Assembly (NCBI GenBank): GCA_964403165.1
Contig: CAYOFL010000001.1
Location: 6,521-70,520 of the forward strand
Origin: an uncultured Ignavibacteria bacterium
Lineage (GTDB): Bacteria > Zixibacteria > MSB-5A5 > SM1-73
Length of the DNA stretch: 64,000 nt
Direction of reading: 5' to 3'
Made by a program: the position numbers and the translations under genes. This document shows, piece by piece, positions 36,428 to 46,508 of this stretch (position 1 is its first letter; the number at the start of each line of letters is the position of its first letter). Under the pieces are notes generated by a model. It was given only the letters and a program-made list of their open reading frames with translations, did no database searches and was not told where the DNA came from.

Positions 36428-39198
36428 ATGTCTTTATCAACCTTATATACGGGCAACTGTTCTCTTAAGAGCTCATAGAGTTTGGCATCTTTTGGCTTAT
36501 GGCTATTAACTGCCCTAAGGCCCAGTTTTAACTCCTCAAAAGAAAGCTGTTTTTGTAATGTCTCCCAGAGAGGTTGATCATCTTTGAGAGTAAGTTTTTT
36601 AACCATATCTTCTGGTAATATCTCTGTGCCTCCGTTGACAGCAATGGTCTTGGCCATCGTCTCTGTAAGGTCCTGGCGCAAAATCTCCCATAGCTCCTTT
36701 CCCTGTATATGGGCAATAAGTCTGGCTAAAGCCAGGGACTGAGACAATATAGCATTCATACCCAGGTTGCCTTTTCTCTGCATAACATTAATCTGCTCTT
36801 TTATGGTTGAGTCTGGTTTTAGATGCCCACGCTCTTGAGCAAGTTGCCTTTCTAAGGTAAGGAGTCGTCTGTCTACGTTAACTAAGCTGATGAGATCAGT
36901 TATTCTCTGGCCTTCAAAGGCATTGGCTAATATCTCGTTTACATGGTCCACAGCATTAAGGCAACCCTTGCCGTAATAACGCTTAGAGCGCCGAAAAAGC
37001 TCGCTTAAAGAGGGATCCTGATATTTATCAATCTCATCTTTGGTGACCTCTTTGTTAAAACGATAACTTTCATCCGGCATCTTTTTAAATAAGGATAGGT
37101 GTTCATCTTTGGTTATCTGGCTTCTGTCGATGACGCTATCCACCAAGTGTATTGCCTCATCAGTGCCGGCTGAGGTTCCCAAGGGTGTAGACCCGGTAAA
37201 GTTGAAGAAATCCCTAAAACGCTTGCTTCCTTTGATCCCAAAGGATACCCTTACACCTACCGTAGGTATCCCGGCATTAGTTGCCTCTTCCCAGGCAGAG
37301 ACATTAGTGATAACCAGACGATTAACCAGATTCTCTGCATCCAGCTCCAATAACTTATCTTCTTCGCTTGTGTCTTGTGCCTTAGATTGGGTCTGTTTTA
37401 CTGCCTCGGCCATAATCTTCATGATTGCACCATATTTAAATAGCCGCTCTGTATTTGCACCTCCGCCTGCCTTAATGCCCATGGTAGAAGCAGCCAGGGC
37501 AATCTGAGCCTCCATGTCATCGTTGGGAGATTTGGAGCGATGAGAGACTAAAATATCTAAGTTCTTCCCTAAGGCAACCAGAATGGCAATGAGTGTCTCA
37601 GACAGGGTTCCGATCTGATTGGCCTTGCATAAAAAGGTATCATTCAGGTTATTATCGGCGGCATATTCAATCGAAGAATCTTTGGTGGTAACTGAATCGT
37701 CGCCAATGATAAATAACTTATCGCCTAATTCTTTCATGATTAAAGCCCAGCCCGCATCATCGTCTTCAGCAAAGCCATCCTCTATGGTTACGATGGGCAC
37801 ATCATCTTCTTCAATGGTCTTTCTGTAAAGTTCGAAGACCTGATCTCTGGACATAACCACCTTTTCCTTGTCCCTCCAGAATAGATACATGCCTACGGCA
37901 TCGGGTTGTCCGAATTCCTCTCTGTAAGCGTTCTGTAATTCACTGGTTGCAGGATCCAGAGCTAAAGCTACATCCTCCCCCGGGACGAACCCGCAATCGA
38001 TGATGGCTTGCTTTGCCATTCTCCAGAGTCTTTGCTCAGGGACTATATCTTTTGTCTCTTTGGTAACATAAGGAGCCAATCCCCCTTCCAATCCTATACC
38101 CATAACCCGACATCCCTCCGCATTTTCGATAATTTCTTTTAGACGGGTCTGTAGTTTTAGGGTCATCTCTTGGGCGTCTTCGTAATTTTTGGCTGAGAGG
38201 ATTACGAACATGGTCTCTTGCATGGAGATGTTGCTCTCGGGGTATTCCTTTTCAGTGTGGCGGCCACCCATACCGGAGTTACGATGTTGCCAGGGTGCCC
38301 AAATTTCTACTCCCTCTTCACGCACGACCGTTTGCATTCTTGTTTTCTGCATACGTTCCTTAACGGAGGCTACCCGTTCTATCCAGGCTGATGGTTTGGC
38401 CTTTTCCTGTATCTCTTTTCCGCGTTGCTTGGCTGTGCTCTCTCTCTCCTTAAATTGTTTGTATTTACCCGGGTCAGCTATCAGGAAGTCCAGTCCACTT
38501 ACTGCACCCAGGCCTAAAAAGAGACGACCAATATAAACTGCCAGTGGTAGGTCGGCTGATAATCCTAAGACCAGCAAGATAACAGCTAAGGGCAGGAATA
38601 TGGTGCTTAACTTCCTACTTGCGGCGGGACCGGCAGCGGACACTGCCAGGTTAAATGGTGCATCTGGATAATAGGTAAGGCCTTTCTTGAAAACCCCGGG
38701 AAACTTACCATAGGGGATAAGGCAAAACATCTTTAAATACCAGAAGATTCTCTTGAATGGGGATTTGGCTATATTTGCCTTAGCCTTAGGAAGTAATTTT
38801 ACACTCAAAGCATCTAGTTTTACTGCCTTCAGGTAATGACCCATCTCATGGATAGCAATACCTGTATGTCCGACAAACCATAAAAACAAAGCCGAGATCA
38901 AGGTCTCTGGTGAGAAGAATATGAATTTTAATGTCCCGCCTTTACCTATAATTTCCGAAGGCAGGGATAAGACACTGGAGATAAATGCCACGTGAAAAGA
39001 TACTAATATATGATTGGCGATTACCCAACCTTTTTCCAGATAACAACCGGGAACCTGTTTTGATAGATCAGACATACCTCGTTTTGAGGAGACAAATAAC
39101 ATCTTCAGATAACATTTGAACAAACTAAGATTATGAACAACCAGATCAAACACGCTTTTAATACTCTTGATTGTCGGCATGTTTTTTCTCCTCCTCAT
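36376..39198 (-). CDS. Membrane protein: M50-like HExxH transmembrane domain fused to an enolase-superfamily module with barrel domain preceding the N-terminal domain
   Basis: HEMGH at aa 117-121 within hydrophobic segments. Enolase barrel motifs at aa ~305-595 (QETMF, LEGGLAP, ALDPATSE, TIEDGFAEDD, IGDDSVTT, CKANQIGTLSET, SHRSKSPNDD, IKAGG). Enolase N-domain motifs at aa ~628-842 (NAGIPTVGVRV, PLGTSAGTDEA, YYGKGCLNAVDHVNEIL, GNLGMNAILSQSLALARL). Confidence 0.65.
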   Translation of the reverse strand: MRRRKNMPTIKSIKSVFDLVVHNLSLFKCYLKMLFVSSKRGMSDLSKQVPGCYLEKGWVIANHILVSFHVAFISSVLSLPSEIIGKGGTLKFIFFSPETLISALFLWFVGHTGIAIHEMGHYLKAVKLDALSVKLLPKAKANIAKSPFKRIFWYLKMFCLIPYGKFPGVFKKGLTYYPDAPFNLAVSAAGPAASRKLSTIFLPLAVILLVLGLSADLPLAVYIGRLFLGLGAVSGLDFLIADPGKYKQFKERESTAKQRGKEIQEKAKPSAWIERVASVKERMQKTRMQTVVREEGVEIWAPWQHRNSGMGGRHTEKEYPESNISMQETMFVILSAKNYEDAQEMTLKLQTRLKEIIENAEGCRVMGIGLEGGLAPYVTKETKDIVPEQRLWRMAKQAIIDCGFVPGEDVALALDPATSELQNAYREEFGQPDAVGMYLFWRDKEKVVMSRDQVFELYRKTIEEDDVPIVTIEDGFAEDDDAGWALIMKELGDKLFIIGDDSVTTKDSSIEYAADNNLNDTFLCKANQIGTLSETLIAILVALGKNLDILVSHRSKSPNDDMEAQIALAASTMGIKAGGGANTERLFKYGAIMKIMAEAVKQTQSKAQDTSEEDKLLELDAENLVNRLVITNVSAWEEATNAGIPTVGVRVSFGIKGSKRFRDFFNFTGSTPLGTSAGTDEAIHLVDSVIDRSQITKDEHLSLFKKMPDESYRFNKEVTKDEIDKYQDPSLSELFRRSKRYYGKGCLNAVDHVNEILANAFEGQRITDLISLVNVDRRLLTLERQLAQERGHLKPDSTIKEQINVMQRKGNLGMNAILSQSLALARLIAHIQGKELWEILRQDLTETMAKTIAVNGGTEILPEDMVKKLTLKDDQPLWETLQKQLSFEELKLGLRAVNSHKPKDAKLYELLREQLPVYKVDKDMEVKHNEAYLAKDVSQS

Positions 39199-39533
39199 TA
39201 AGGGTTAGAGACAATCCTTGTCTCGGAGCATAATTTAAGTTAAGGAAAATCATTTTTCAACAAAAAAATCCATATGACAGATTTATATTAATTTTTTAGC
39301 TAAAAAATTTTTTTATGCTCATCCAAAACCATCCACGGTCATTTCTAAACTACACCGTGTTTTTGAAATCTATATATTTGTAAATCGGAAGCTGTTGCGT
39401 CATCTTTAAAATCTTTGCCGGGAGGGAGTAAAAGAGAAAGGAGACACTTATTATTGTAACATGACTCTCTCAAGAGGGGATGTCATTTGTTGGTTTAAAA
39501 TTCAATTTCTGCTTCCCAGCCCAGATTCGTTTT

Positions 39534-41723
39534 CTACAAAAGCTGTGATCTTTTTCTTATAGCCCATTCGATGGACAGGCAAAGGATAAAGATAACTAAA
39601 AGCAGAGGATGATTCCACAGTTGAATCTCCTTTTTCTTCTGCTCTTCTTTTTCTACCAGCTTAAGATCACCCACCAGGTTTTCAATCTGGTCCTTTTCGT
39701 AATATCTTCCTCCGGACACCTCAGCTATCCTCTTCAGAAGATCGAAATTTGTTTTCAGATCGGAGTCCTCCACGCTGTATTCCTCCACTAAGAATTCACC
39801 TTTTTTTGCGCCCATTTTTTCCCCGTCCCTGAAGGCGTTTCCTACAAAAGAGTATTTTCCGGGTGGGAGTGCTCCCAATGTGGCGGTATAGCGACCCGAC
39901 TCGTCTAAGCTCAAATTGACCACCTCCGAATCTGGCAGAGCCTCTCCTTCGATGTTTACCACCACCGAGGCGTCTTCGATTCTTTGATAATTTTGATCAA
40001 AGATTTTGGCTTTGAAAGTTATTCTCTCTCCACCCTTGTAAATCTTTTTATCGGTGAACAGATTTATCAAATCCATATCCTCTCTGACCACCAGCCAACG
40101 GACTGAGTTGTTCCAGAATGTTTGATAGATTTGGTTATCCTTTCCGATCCCCCACAAAAGAAAATCCCATCTCCAGAAGGGTGTTACGGTAATTGCCATC
40201 ACCTTTCCTTTTCCATAATTTCTAACTACTATCCCGGGAGAGAAGGTATCACGATTCAAAGGATTTTTAAAACCGGCCAGGTTGGTGGCATCTTTGGTTA
40301 CCGAACCGAGCGCACAAACTCCTAAAAATGGAGGGAGATCAGACCATATCTTTATATTCTCATCCAGATTTTCCACCAGGCGGGTAATAGGGTGTAGCTT
40401 ACCTTCTTCTGTCAACTTCAGATTGAGCCTGGGGGAAGAAAAGGTGATGCTTCTTCCTGCAAGGTCGAAAGGCAGAAGAGATGATATCTCCATAAAGCCA
40501 TGGGAATCCAGGAATACCTTGCCCAGTAAGAAGGAAGCCGAACCTCCTTGGCTGAAGACAAAATCTTCGATTTGCTTTTTATGGTCCTTCAGGATGAATC
40601 TGGAGGGATCAACAAAAATTAAAATATCAAATGAACTTAGTTGTTTTTCCCCTTGTGGAAATCTGCCCACCAGAGGTTGCCTTTTTTTCCCATAAATTAA
40701 AGTTTCAAGCTTGATATTTCTGTCCCGTTCTAAAGCCCTTTTCAAAAAAGTGTATTCCCAGTTTAAGCTTCCGGTGATTAAAAGTATCTTGATCTTGCTT
40801 TTTAGGACCTTGATGGTAAATGAGCGCTGGTTATTTTCCTTAACCGACTCCCCTTCTAAAACAGGAATCGTGAGTCGATACTGATGCAGTCCGGGTTCTT
40901 CCGGAGTGATGGTAAGATTGACGGTCTGGGTTGCTCCGGATTTGCCCGGGCTTAAGTTCTGCTGGGTTAAGGTTTTTTTCTTTTCCTTTATCGAAACTGG
41001 GATTTTGATACGATCAAAGCCTGTTTGCGAAATGTCTACCCGAATGGGAATCTGATCTCCAACATAGCCGATATCTGTATAGAGGATCCTTTCTATGGAT
41101 ACATCCCGGGGTGGGATGTACTCGCCCACGCCGCAGGTATAAATAGGGATATCCTCCGATCTTGCCACCAGCACCGGATCCTCACCCAGATTATTTGCGC
41201 CATCACTTAAGATCACGATACCGACAAGATTTTCCTCCTTCAATTTTTTCTCCACCAATTTAATGCCCTCTCCTATGGAAGTGGCGGTGCCCAAAGAGTC
41301 AGGAAATTTCCCCTTTATGTCCACCCGAACAAGGGAGTCAGCAAAGCCGAATGTTTTTAATTCTGCCTCAGATGAGATCTTCTCAAAGATGTCGTTTTTC
41401 AACAAATTCTGCAGTTCCTCTATTCTTTTGATGTCAGCCCCTTTGAGGCTCATGCTTCTGGAGACGTCCAAAAGCAAAGCGATCACCGGTTTTTGGGAAA
41501 CCCTTCTGGCGATGGTTAAAATCGGCTCGGAGAGGACCAGAAAAAGAGAAAACAAAGCGATGATCCTCAAGCCCAGAAGCAGAGTCTTTTTTCTTTTACC
41601 TAAAGGAGGAAAGGTGTGGCGGTAAGTGAGAATGGCGAAAAGACAAGCCAGGATGAAAAGGCCGATCACCAGTTCCAGATTTCTCTCTTGGAGATTTAGA
41701 AGTAATTCACTGATTTTAAGCAA
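39534..41723 (-). CDS. Membrane-anchored vWA-domain protein (BatA-like N-terminal double TM, C-terminal TM anchor)
   Basis: Two N-terminal TM helices, MIDAS-like DVSRSMS, large beta-rich middle region, terminal TM helix LLLVIFILCLSIEWAI. TTG start. Confidence 0.5.
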   Translation of the reverse strand: MLKISELLLNLQERNLELVIGLFILACLFAILTYRHTFPPLGKRKKTLLLGLRIIALFSLFLVLSEPILTIARRVSQKPVIALLLDVSRSMSLKGADIKRIEELQNLLKNDIFEKISSEAELKTFGFADSLVRVDIKGKFPDSLGTATSIGEGIKLVEKKLKEENLVGIVILSDGANNLGEDPVLVARSEDIPIYTCGVGEYIPPRDVSIERILYTDIGYVGDQIPIRVDISQTGFDRIKIPVSIKEKKKTLTQQNLSPGKSGATQTVNLTITPEEPGLHQYRLTIPVLEGESVKENNQRSFTIKVLKSKIKILLITGSLNWEYTFLKRALERDRNIKLETLIYGKKRQPLVGRFPQGEKQLSSFDILIFVDPSRFILKDHKKQIEDFVFSQGGSASFLLGKVFLDSHGFMEISSLLPFDLAGRSITFSSPRLNLKLTEEGKLHPITRLVENLDENIKIWSDLPPFLGVCALGSVTKDATNLAGFKNPLNRDTFSPGIVVRNYGKGKVMAITVTPFWRWDFLLWGIGKDNQIYQTFWNNSVRWLVVREDMDLINLFTDKKIYKGGERITFKAKIFDQNYQRIEDASVVVNIEGEALPDSEVVNLSLDESGRYTATLGALPPGKYSFVGNAFRDGEKMGAKKGEFLVEEYSVEDSDLKTNFDLLKRIAEVSGGRYYEKDQIENLVGDLKLVEKEEQKKKEIQLWNHPLLLVIFILCLSIEWAIRKRSQLL

Positions 41724-41901
41724 ACGGTTTTTCTCCTTTCAGAGGACTTATACAAACATACGTAACTGTTGACCCCGACGTTTTTAAAATGAAACAGAAA
41801 GCACACCCAGAATCATTGTAAGATGACACTGGCTGAGGATATAGGGAGGGTGAATGGAATTTGGGTTCTTTGTTCTGGCAAAGTAATGAAAAAAAAGACC
41901 T

Positions 41902-42891
41902 TTATTTTTCTCTTTGGATCACAAAGCTGACCAGATCCTGCAAAGCTTTTTTGTATTTTGAATCTTTTAGCTCAAGAAGGAAGCTTAATGCCTTCTCCCC
42001 AAAGGCGCTGGCTTTCTTTTGGGCATATTCCATCCCGCCATTGCCTTTTATCAGAGAGAGTATCTTATCAAAATCTTCTTGATTGAAGTCGTTTTTCAGA
42101 AGCTTTAGAAGTTTTCTTCTGGAGGGTTGGTCACTTTCTCTTAAGGTGTGTATCAGTGGGAGGGTGATCTTTCCTTCCCTTAAATCATTTCCCAGACCTT
42201 TGCCCGTCTTTTCGGTCTCACCCACCCAGTCTAGGAGATCGTCTGTTATCTGAAAAGCCATTCCCAGGTTTTGTCCATACTTCTTTAATTTTTCCTGCAC
42301 TTTCTTTTCTGCTCCAGCCGCTACAGCTCCAGATTCACAGGAGGCGGTGAACAGCGAGGCAGTTTTTGCAGAAATGATTTGCAGATAAGCTTCCTCATTC
42401 AGATCGAAGTTGTGACTCTCCTGTACCTCATTCATTTCCCCGATGCTCAAATTCTCTGTTGCCTTGGAAATGGTGGAGAGAAGAGGGGATGATTTGGTCT
42501 CCACTATTAATCTTAGCGACTTTGCCAGAAGGAAATCGCCCATCAACACCGAGACTAAATTGTTCCATTTATGATTTACCGAAACCTGCCCCCTTCTTAC
42601 CTTGGATTGGTCTACTACGTCATCGTGCAGGAGAGTGGCGGTATGTATGAACTCAATTGCCAAAGCTACGTTCATCACCTGTAAATCAGAGGCAGAGTTA
42701 ACCTCAGAGTTTAAACATGCACTATACGAAAGAAATACCATTGCCGGTCTGAGCCTTTTACCCTTGCGATTCACCAGATGACCAGCTACCTGAGAGATCA
42801 GAGCTGAATCAGAATTCAGATTCTCCTTAAGTCTCTCATCGAACAGTGCCAGATTCTTTTTGACTGACGAGAGGATAAAATCCAGTTCCAT
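41902..42891 (-). CDS. Long-chain polyprenyl diphosphate synthase (IspB-like)
   Basis: First DDxxD region LLHDDVVD and second QITDDLLD. 329 aa. Confidence 0.85.
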   Translation of the reverse strand: MELDFILSSVKKNLALFDERLKENLNSDSALISQVAGHLVNRKGKRLRPAMVFLSYSACLNSEVNSASDLQVMNVALAIEFIHTATLLHDDVVDQSKVRRGQVSVNHKWNNLVSVLMGDFLLAKSLRLIVETKSSPLLSTISKATENLSIGEMNEVQESHNFDLNEEAYLQIISAKTASLFTASCESGAVAAGAEKKVQEKLKKYGQNLGMAFQITDDLLDWVGETEKTGKGLGNDLREGKITLPLIHTLRESDQPSRRKLLKLLKNDFNQEDFDKILSLIKGNGGMEYAQKKASAFGEKALSFLLELKDSKYKKALQDLVSFVIQREK

Positions 42892-42984
42892 ATTTTAAGT
42901 AAAGGTCAATTCTTCTACAGAAAAAATTAAATTACTGCAATTCCGTTGATTCAATAATATCACCTTTCATCTCAAAAGTCAAAC

Positions 42985-43025
42985 AAAAAAGCGCCAGCAC
43001 CTAACTTAAGTTAGGTGTGGTCTCA
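42985..43025 (-). terminator. Rho-independent terminator after dusB
   Basis: The minus strand reads a CACCTAACTTAAGTTAGGTG-centred hairpin followed by ctggcgcTTTTTTg. Confidence 0.6.
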
Positions 43026-43131
43026 AGACAAAACTCCACCGGATATGGTGGGAAAAAGGTTCTCTTTGATTCCCCAAGTGCAAAAGTGAGTTTAGAAAGA
43101 GAGCTTGAGGGTTTGCTCAGTTTTCACCAAT

Positions 43132-44115
43132 TCAGAGGGTTTGGTATTCTTTTTTAAGCTGGCGAAGATATTTATGAAAAGCCTGTTTTACCTCATCCAA
43201 CGTTTGTAGAACAGAAAGCTTTGATCTGAGCTCTTTTGAGTTGGGCATACGCTTGGTATACCAGATCAAATGTTTTCTCATGCTTCTTGATCCCACATAT
43301 TCCCCTTTTTCCTTAACTGCAAGCTCTGCATGCTCAAGACAGACCTTGATTTTTTCTTCAAGTGATGGTTCTGGCAGAAGTTCTCCACATTTCAGGAAGT
43401 GATTGGTGCGGGAGAAGATCCATGGATTTCCCAAAGAGCCCCTCCCGATCATCACCGCATCACAACCTGTGCGATCAAGCACTTTTTTTGCATCCTGCGG
43501 AGAGAGGACATCCCCAGATGCGATCACCGGTATATTCACCTCTTTTTTCACGCAAGCGATGATATCCCAATTCGCTTTCTTGGAGAATCCATCCTTTTGA
43601 GTGCGGGGATGAACGGTGATGGCTTTTGCTCCACAGTCTTGGGCGATCTTTGCTACCTGGATTGCCACCAGATTACTCTGATCCCAGCCGCTCCTGGTCT
43701 TGATGGTTACCGGCATCTTTGTAGAACTGGTGACCGCTGAGACTATTTTTTCCAGAAGTCCCAGATCTTTAAGCACAGCCGCCCCCTCGTTTTTTTTGAC
43801 CACCTTTTTCACCGGACAGCCAAAGTTCAAATCAATCAGATCCGGCTTAAGTTTATTGGCCAGACGACAAGCTGAGGACATCCTCTCCGGGTCGGAGCCA
43901 AAGATTTGAATGCCGATCGGTCTTTCTTCCGGTTTAAAATAAAGAAGCCTCAACGTGCCGGTATTACCCCTCAAAAGCCCCTCAGCCGAGATCATCTCAG
44001 TGTAAACTAAAGCCGCACCAAACCGTTTGGCTATAAGTCGAAAGGGAGTATCGGCGACTCCGGCTAAGGGAGCCAAGATCACCTTTCCGGACAAAATCAA
44101 GTTTCCAATTTTCAT
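43132..44115 (-). CDS. dusB: tRNA-dihydrouridine synthase
   Basis: LAPLAGVADTPFR, DLNFGCP, TVHPRT and the C-terminal helical domain are typical Dus motifs. Confidence 0.85.
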   Translation of the reverse strand: MKIGNLILSGKVILAPLAGVADTPFRLIAKRFGAALVYTEMISAEGLLRGNTGTLRLLYFKPEERPIGIQIFGSDPERMSSACRLANKLKPDLIDLNFGCPVKKVVKKNEGAAVLKDLGLLEKIVSAVTSSTKMPVTIKTRSGWDQSNLVAIQVAKIAQDCGAKAITVHPRTQKDGFSKKANWDIIACVKKEVNIPVIASGDVLSPQDAKKVLDRTGCDAVMIGRGSLGNPWIFSRTNHFLKCGELLPEPSLEEKIKVCLEHAELAVKEKGEYVGSRSMRKHLIWYTKRMPNSKELRSKLSVLQTLDEVKQAFHKYLRQLKKEYQTL

Positions 44116-44407
44116 GACGACAATATAACAAAAGCGGGGCGAGGATGCAAACTACTTTGAATCCCCCTCCACCATATGTTATTTAGAAAGTGAGCCGACC
44201 TGACAAAAGAGGTTGACAAGAATCCTCAAAGAGGTTATTCTTTTAGACTGAAAACGTGAGCGAAGGGATCATGATGCCTGAAATTGAGGTCAAGTACAAG
44301 GACAACGTAATCGGAAGGGTGGTTACTCAAAAGAAAATGATCAGCAAGAATGATGACCTGATTGAAGTAGACAGGCCTGTATTTAGTCACATCCAGGGAA
44401 ACAGCAA

Positions 44408-45136
44408 ATGAGATATGGATTCTTCTCAGACGTCCATTCCAATTTGGAAGCTTTAAAGGTGGTGGTGGCAGATTTCCAGAAGGAAAAACTGGACCGAGTA
44501 TTCTTTCTGGGAGATGCGGTGGGATATGGACCTGATCCGAACGAATGCACCTCCATAATCAACCGGATAGCGGACGTGAAGTTAATGGGGAATCATGATT
44601 ATGCCGCCTTGGGCTTGATAGAGACCAATTTGTTCAACAAGTATGCGCAAGAAGCCATGGAGTGGACCAAAAGTGTGTTGACTGAGAAAAGCCTAAAAAT
44701 CCTATCCCGTTTCGCTATGGACCACAGATTCGATCAGTCCTATTTAGTTCATTCCACCCCCAAGGAGCCACAGGAGTGGAATTATATTTTCGATTTAGAC
44801 GATGCTGAAGAGAACTTCAACTTTTTTAACAAACAGATCTGTATAATCGGTCATTCACATCATCCAGTTATAATCAAAAAATATGATGAAAAGCACTGTT
44901 TTTTACACCAGGAGAGCCGAACGGAAATAGAAAAGGGATTCAAATATCTCATAAATATTGGTGCGGTGGGGCAACCACGTGACGGGTCCAACCAGGCGTG
45001 TTATATGATCTGCGATACCAAAGAGAATTTAGCTGTTTTAAAAAGACTTCCTTACAATTTCAAAAAGACACAGGCAAAGATGAAAAAGAGGGGGTTACCC
45101 CAATTCCTTATTGATCGGCTGGCTGTGGGAAGATAG
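44408..45136 (+). CDS. Metallophosphoesterase (calcineurin-like; possible protein phosphatase partner of the adjacent kinase)
   Basis: SDVHSN, GDAVGYGP, GNHD and GHSH motifs. Confidence 0.75.
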   Translation: MRYGFFSDVHSNLEALKVVVADFQKEKLDRVFFLGDAVGYGPDPNECTSIINRIADVKLMGNHDYAALGLIETNLFNKYAQEAMEWTKSVLTEKSLKILSRFAMDHRFDQSYLVHSTPKEPQEWNYIFDLDDAEENFNFFNKQICIIGHSHHPVIIKKYDEKHCFLHQESRTEIEKGFKYLINIGAVGQPRDGSNQACYMICDTKENLAVLKRLPYNFKKTQAKMKKRGLPQFLIDRLAVGR

Positions 45137-45360
45137 TTGGAAGCCAAGAAAACTCTTTTTAGGTTTAAGAAAAAGTTTTGTATTGCCGAGGAATTATTTT
45201 CAGAAAACTTACTCTTTGCACTGATTGATGCATGGGGTATCAGTTTTTCGGGGTGTGAGTTATTTGGGTTGACCAAACCCTTAGGCTTAGTGCTAAGGGT
45301 TCGTCCTGAATAGACAAACCTTTGGTTGCGCGCTGGCAACCTAAAAGTTATCCTTAAAAA

Positions 45361-46239
45361 ATGTTGAAAAAATTCGAAAGAGAATCTCCTACTCTTTCCC
45401 AGTTTGGTCGCTATAAGATCATCCAGCTTTTAGGAAAGAGTGGAGGAGGGACGGTATATAAGGGAGTGGATACGGTGCTGGATAGGCCGGTGGCTCTGAA
45501 GACCATGAAAATGGTTTCTACCCTTTCTCCGGTTAAAATCTCTGCGCTTAAGGAGAGAATGATTCGAGAAGCCAAAGCGGCGGGCAAACTTTCTCATCCA
45601 AACATAGTGACCATCTACGATGTGGGCGAGGAAGGGAGTGTACACTATATAGCTATGGAATATCTGTCAGGCTATACCCTGGAAGAATTCATCAACAAGA
45701 AGGGAGCGCTAAACTATAGGATCGTTGCCAAAATCATTATGCAAACATGTGAGGCGTTGAACTATGCTCATCATCATGGGATCGTACATAGGGATATTAA
45801 ACCAGCCAACATCATGCTTTTAGAAGATTTTCACGTAAAGGTGATGGGCTTCGGAATTGCCGAACTGGGGGCAGGGTCACTGACCCTAAGTGAGGTAATA
45901 TTGGGGACTCCACATTACATCTCCCCGGAGCAGTTAGAGGGAGAGCCAGCAGACAAAAGGTCGGATATCTTTTCGTTAGGGGTGGTAATCTACGAGTTTC
46001 TCACCGGACGGAGACCTTTTCAAGGGGAAAACGTCAGTTCGCTTATGTATCGTGTTTTGAATCACCATCCTCCTCCCTCCTCAACTGTAAACGAAAAAAC
46101 TCCATTGGTGTTCGATCAAATCACATCCAGGGCTATGGCGAAAAAACCGGAGGAGAGATATCAGGATGCGGAAGAGATCAACCTAATCCTTAAAGAGTTT
46201 ATCTCCAGTTTCGTGGTTACTCGTAGCATTCGGATATAG
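45361..46239 (+). CDS. Ser/Thr protein kinase (kinase domain only)
   Basis: GGGTVYKG...ALK, HRDIKPANIML, GTPHYISPEQ. Confidence 0.85.
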   Translation: MLKKFERESPTLSQFGRYKIIQLLGKSGGGTVYKGVDTVLDRPVALKTMKMVSTLSPVKISALKERMIREAKAAGKLSHPNIVTIYDVGEEGSVHYIAMEYLSGYTLEEFINKKGALNYRIVAKIIMQTCEALNYAHHHGIVHRDIKPANIMLLEDFHVKVMGFGIAELGAGSLTLSEVILGTPHYISPEQLEGEPADKRSDIFSLGVVIYEFLTGRRPFQGENVSSLMYRVLNHHPPPSSTVNEKTPLVFDQITSRAMAKKPEERYQDAEEINLILKEFISSFVVTRSIRI

Positions 46240-46469
46240 TTTGCATTATGGATCCTCATTGATCAGAAATCAATATTTTACTCCTGCAAAAAAGCTCCAA
46301 CCATAAACCACTTTGGAGCAGGCAATTTTTAGCAAATCTGAATTATTTCCACAAGATAAGCTTGAAGATAGTTTTAGCTCCCCCAATCGTTTGACGATAA
46401 CTTTACCTACCAAACTCGAGTGTCTTCAAATGGTTTAGCGATCGATCCTTGGTTGGGGGTTATTTTTTC

Positions 46470-46498
46470 TTGACTTTTATTTTCACGTGCTGTATAAT
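46470..46498 (+). promoter_or_regulatory. Sigma-70-type promoter for tRNA-Leu
   Basis: TTGACT (46470-46475), a 17-nt spacer, then TATAAT (46493-46498), 10 nt before the tRNA 5' end. Confidence 0.6.
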
Positions 46499-46508
46499 TC
46501 AAAATAGT

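Noticed and set aside
39199-39533. AT-rich 335-bp gap with the small hairpin GAGACAA-tcc-TTGTCTC (about 39206-39226), considered as a terminator or small-RNA locus
   Set aside because: The hairpin is short and not followed by a T-run on either strand. Nothing else distinctive was seen, so it is probably just the promoter region of the 940-aa gene.
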